Under the pieces are notes generated by a model. The model had not been told where the DNA came from, did not search any database, and saw only the letters and a list, made by a program, of their open reading frames with translations. A program made the translations under genes and the position numbers. A stretch of DNA of 64,000 nt from an archaeon (GTDB lineage Archaea; Nanobdellota; Nanobdellia; Pacearchaeales; GW2011-AR1): positions 201,903 to 265,902 of the forward strand of contig JAYONY010000001.1 in the NCBI GenBank assembly GCA_038121585.1, written 5' to 3'. This document shows, piece by piece, positions 60,770-64,000 of this stretch; position 1 is the stretch's first letter; every line of letters starts with the position of its first letter.

Positions 60770-62313
60770 GGCAATACCTCTGACATATCGCTTAATAAAT
60801 GCCCGTTTAGAGTTTCAAAATGAGAGATAAGAGATTCAAAGTGAGCCTGATATTCTACAGGAACATCTGATTCAGGGTTGAACTGTATAACCCCGTTAGC
60901 AAGCGCTCCCGCAACACCTCGAACTTCTAAATAATTATACCCTCCAACAGTTCCCTCAAAAGTCCCCCATTGTAAGAATGAAACTCCTGCCACAGGTGCA
61001 CCCACTATCTGAATAGGCAAGTATTCTCCCTGATAAGCTAGCCGTGAGGCAGTAACGCTTTCAGAAGAATACTCTGATCCAAGATTAAGATACGTATATC
61101 CCTCTAAAGGGTTTGGTGGACTAAATGCTTTGTTATATTCTAAGAGGATTGCTTCCCTAACGGGAATATACCCTTCAAACCCTGTAATTTTTCCAATAGA
61201 GTTTACAGGCAGAGAGACTTCATTTGAAACTGAATCAACAGTATTAGGGTGAATGATAATAGTCGCTGAGAGCCCTGTATACCCTTTCGTCATCATTCCA
61301 TTAAATGCTTTAAGGATTGAGGTAAGGCCAGCATACATATTTCGCCAAGAACTTGCAACTTCAGCCTCTAATGCTTCATTCGTTAACAGAGGTCGTTTCA
61401 ACACTTGACTTACAGGGACATTTTCATTATTCGAAGCAGGGCCTGAATAATACCATCCTTGCTCCCCATCAACAATAGTCCAACGAATACCTGTTAGCAC
61501 ACCATCACTGTCAAAATACCGTAAGCGTATCATCGCATCATTTACCCAGTTACTACGATCACGAATTTCAGGAGCACAGTTTTGATACGGCTCAGGATTA
61601 GTTGCAAGTTTATCTAAATCAACAAACAAGAACTTTCCTTGTTTTTCTACCGAAAACGGTTGCGCTGGATTGAGTAATCGAATATATTTTTCACAAGGAT
61701 GACCCTTAAGTATTTGGTCGCGCCATGCTATAAGTTCATCTTTGATTGAAGCGAGATCTGTAAGGGCAGCGTTTATTTGATCCTCACTACCAGCACTGCG
61801 CGCGGAAGCTGAATCATCAAAACGATTATCAGTTACACGCAACCATAAGTTGAGAGGGGTAAACGGCTCCCAAACATACGGCGGTTTAACAGAATATACT
61901 ATGCGCAGATGAGAAAGATAGCTAGTACCTACAGAGTTATCAATAAACGAAACTTCAGCCCCTTTGAGCCCATCAGTGTAAAAAAGATTACTCCCGTTTC
62001 GCTCACCAGTCCAAAACGCATGAAATGCTTCTTTGGTTGCGGGCATGGGCACGGTTGAACCAAGTAATTCAAATGTTTCTTCACGCAGTATCCAATCTCG
62101 TCCATCGTACGCGTACACTTCCCCATCTTCTAAATTAAACCCTACAATACGCACCCCTTCAATATCGAGTTGTTCGTTTCGTTCAAATCCAGGTATGATG
62201 TCTGCAAGCGTATCGGCCCGCATAATGATGAGTGCTGCAGCCACGAGCACTACAAGACCAAGAATTATTAAAATAATATAATTTAGTGAGAGGAGCATAC
62301 CGCGTGATTTCAT
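60766..62313 (-). CDS. Large pilin-like protein (515 aa)
   Basis: MKSRGMLLSLNYIILIILGLVVLVAAALII. ATGA overlap with the upstream 50 aa gene. No family recognised for the mature part. Confidence 0.65.
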   Translation of the reverse strand: MKSRGMLLSLNYIILIILGLVVLVAAALIIMRADTLADIIPGFERNEQLDIEGVRIVGFNLEDGEVYAYDGRDWILREETFELLGSTVPMPATKEAFHAFWTGERNGSNLFYTDGLKGAEVSFIDNSVGTSYLSHLRIVYSVKPPYVWEPFTPLNLWLRVTDNRFDDSASARSAGSEDQINAALTDLASIKDELIAWRDQILKGHPCEKYIRLLNPAQPFSVEKQGKFLFVDLDKLATNPEPYQNCAPEIRDRSNWVNDAMIRLRYFDSDGVLTGIRWTIVDGEQGWYYSGPASNNENVPVSQVLKRPLLTNEALEAEVASSWRNMYAGLTSILKAFNGMMTKGYTGLSATIIIHPNTVDSVSNEVSLPVNSIGKITGFEGYIPVREAILLEYNKAFSPPNPLEGYTYLNLGSEYSSESVTASRLAYQGEYLPIQIVGAPVAGVSFLQWGTFEGTVGGYNYLEVRGVAGALANGVIQFNPESDVPVEYQAHFESLISHFETLNGHLLSDMSEVLP

Positions 62314-62462
62314 CTACCAAACCGTAGCTTATCAAGTAAAAACTCAATAGCGTTACTCCCCTTATCACTGAGCGACATGGTAAGTATCAGCCCGAATGCA
62401 AGTACGAGCACCCCAATAATTATCCAAATGAGTGCTGAAACTGCAATTCCTCGTTTTCCCAT
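62310..62462 (-). CDS. Minimal pilin-like protein (50 aa), first gene of the cluster
   Basis: The track ORF extends to 62603. Internal ATG 62462 (MGKRGIAVSALIWIIIGVLVLAFGLILTM..) sits 26 nt from a TATA element and avoids overlap with the divergent gene. Confidence 0.55.
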   Translation of the reverse strand: MGKRGIAVSALIWIIIGVLVLAFGLILTMSLSDKGSNAIEFLLDKLRFGR

Positions 62463-62484
62463 ACAGTGCTCAGTTGTTCCAGAA

Positions 62485-62500
62485 TTATAAATGTTTATAA
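62485..62500. promoter_or_regulatory. Back-to-back TATA boxes of a divergent promoter
   Basis: In TTATAAATGTTTATAA, each strand reads TTTATAA. The left box is centred 26 nt from ATG 62462 (minus strand). The right box faces the platform gene. Confidence 0.5.
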
Positions 62501-62544
62501 CGCACAACCACGTCTTCTTCCCATGATAAAGAGTGTGAGAGACT

Positions 62545-64000
62545 GTGGCCTCTAGAGACGATATTCTCAAGAAGTACGGTGCGAGAATTGAGTCGCAATT
62601 CAAAAACGGTGGACAGCAAGGTACCCCTGCGAGCTACTCTGCTGAGTACGAACAATTTGTGAATGAGGATATTCCCGAAACGTCACGGTATGCGAGGTGG
62701 GCGAATACATTAGGTAATCTTATCAAGATTAATGTGTCTGAGAAGGACAGGGTTAAATTACAAAAGCATCTTTCTGCTGGCCACATTAATGTGACGCCGT
62801 CCCAAGCAGTGACTCTTGCGCTTGTAGCTTTTCTTGTTACATTTTTTGGCACTGCATTAATTACAGTGGCGTTTTACCTCATTAATGAATCTATTCAATT
62901 CCTATTCATGTTTCTAGGATTTATGGCGAGCGTGTTTGTATTTTATTACACCTACTCAATGCCTGCGCGTTTAGCTAAGATGTGGCGACTTAAAGCTTCT
63001 TCACAGATGGTTCCTGCAATCCTCTATATTGTGGTGTACATGAAACACACGTCTAATCTTGAGCGTGCGATTGGATTTGCTGCTGACCATCTTGACGCTC
63101 CGCTCGGGATGGATTTCAAGCGAATTTTTTACGAGGTCCAAGTTGGTAAGTACGCTTCAATTAAAGAATCACTTGATAAATATTTAGAATCCTGGCAAGA
63201 TGACGCTCCTGAGTTTGTTGAAGCTATGCACTTAATTGAGTCTTCCTTGCTTGAACCGTCTGGTCCGAGAAGAATTCAAACACTTGAGAAATCACTCCAG
63301 GTTAGTCTTGATGGGGTCTATGAAAAAATGCTTGAATTCTCTCGTAGTATTCGATCTCCCTTAACGAACTTGTACATGTTAGGCATTATTCTCCCTACAT
63401 TAGGTCTTGCCTTACTCCCGCTCGCTTCTACATTACTCAATGGCGCTCTTGCGTGGTATCATGTGTTTGTTATTTTCAATTTGCTCATTCCGTTCATTGT
63501 GTTTTACATGACGTCTGAGGTATTACTCAAGCGCCCAGGGGGGCATGGTGAAAGTGAAGCGATAGAACAAAATCCTGACTATTGGCGTTTTACATCTAAG
63601 ACCCCCTGGATTATGGCAACAATTATTGCCTTGCCATTTATCATTATTGGCACCTTGCCGTTCCTCCTCCAAATAGAGTTTGTTACACAAACGTTAGGGT
63701 TGCAAAGTGATTATACATTTGCGGAAATTGGATTAACACAGTTTGCTCCTGAAACGCAAATTTTTAATTTTAGAGAAGTTTCTGCTAACAAAACGGTTGG
63801 TCCGTTCGGACCGATTGCAGTACTACTGAGTTTATTCATTCCGTTAGGTGTCGGTCTCTTTTTCACCGTTGCGTACTCGCAGAAAACGAAGGTACTTATC
63901 AAAAGTAGGAATCAGACTAAGACGTTAGAGCAAGAATTTGCAAATTCCCTGTTCCAATTAGGGAGCAGGTTAGGTGATGGAACGCCTGCTGAAGCTGCTT
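62545..64000 (+). CDS. FlaJ/TadC-type (T2SS-F family) polytopic platform protein, partial
   Basis: The frame is open from 62539 to the window end and is absent from the track. GTG 62545 is the first candidate start, so the start is uncertain. Hand translation: ..SQMVPAILYIVVYMKHTSNLERAIGFAADHLDAPLGMDFKRIFYEVQVGKYASIKESL.. and ..LEQEFANSLFQLGSRLGDGTPAEAA, two T2SS-F-like repeats separated by TM helices. Confidence 0.7.
   Translation, partial: MASRDDILKKYGARIESQFKNGGQQGTPASYSAEYEQFVNEDIPETSRYARWANTLGNLIKINVSEKDRVKLQKHLSAGHINVTPSQAVTLALVAFLVTFFGTALITVAFYLINESIQFLFMFLGFMASVFVFYYTYSMPARLAKMWRLKASSQMVPAILYIVVYMKHTSNLERAIGFAADHLDAPLGMDFKRIFYEVQVGKYASIKESLDKYLESWQDDAPEFVEAMHLIESSLLEPSGPRRIQTLEKSLQVSLDGVYEKMLEFSRSIRSPLTNLYMLGIILPTLGLALLPLASTLLNGALAWYHVFVIFNLLIPFIVFYMTSEVLLKRPGGHGESEAIEQNPDYWRFTSKTPWIMATIIALPFIIIGTLPFLLQIEFVTQTLGLQSDYTFAEIGLTQFAPETQIFNFREVSANKTVGPFGPIAVLLSLFIPLGVGLFFTVAYSQKTKVLIKSRNQTKTLEQEFANSLFQLGSRLGDGTPAEAA

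Overview
This is an archaeal chromosomal segment. Gene content points to a small-genome DPANN-type archaeon, which is an inference. The supporting genes are TFB, RadA, RPA, GINS, a RecJ-like DHH protein, Sm, aIF2-alpha, Nop10, aEF-1beta, SRP54/FtsY, Bud32, RNase Z and the archaeal/eukaryal r-proteins S8e, L44e, S3Ae, S15 and S27e. Genes are tightly packed. A BRE/TATA-like motif (..CAACCTTTAAA..) recurs about 25-30 nt upstream of many start codons, which suggests mostly leaderless mRNAs. I hand-folded five tRNA genes: Leu-TAG, Val-GAC, Thr-TGT, Gln-TTG and Arg-GCG. I recognised no rRNA, CRISPR array, integrase or transposase. The housekeeping genes are interrupted by accessory cell-surface loci, and these are the most interesting content. 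(1) At 54081-64000 there is a 15-gene minus-strand cluster. Thirteen of its products start with a class III (type IV pilin-like) [KR][KR]G + hydrophobic-helix N-terminus. The cluster is divergent from a FlaJ/TadC-type platform gene, and an A24 prepilin peptidase gene lies 2 kb away. (2) At 11746-21417 there is an operon made of a small RHH-like ORF, a 623 aa protein, a 1776 aa giant secreted protein and two dockerin-repeat proteins. (3) At the left edge (1-3876) there are sequon-rich and Ca-repeat surface proteins, one of which has the same RHH-like module fused in frame to its membrane anchor. Other notable items are a complete bacterial-type sigma-70 homologue behind an archaeal-type promoter, tRNA-sized modules downstream of three tRNAs that each end in a copy of that tRNA's own 3' end, a LAGLIDADG ORF that reads into tRNA-Leu, a RelE/RHH toxin-antitoxin pair, a Cys-rich CGDG..EECD repeat protein, and several unannotated micro-ORFs (Nop10, minimal pilin-like peptides, Lys-rich peptides). 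All functional calls come from reading the translations by eye. No database search was run.
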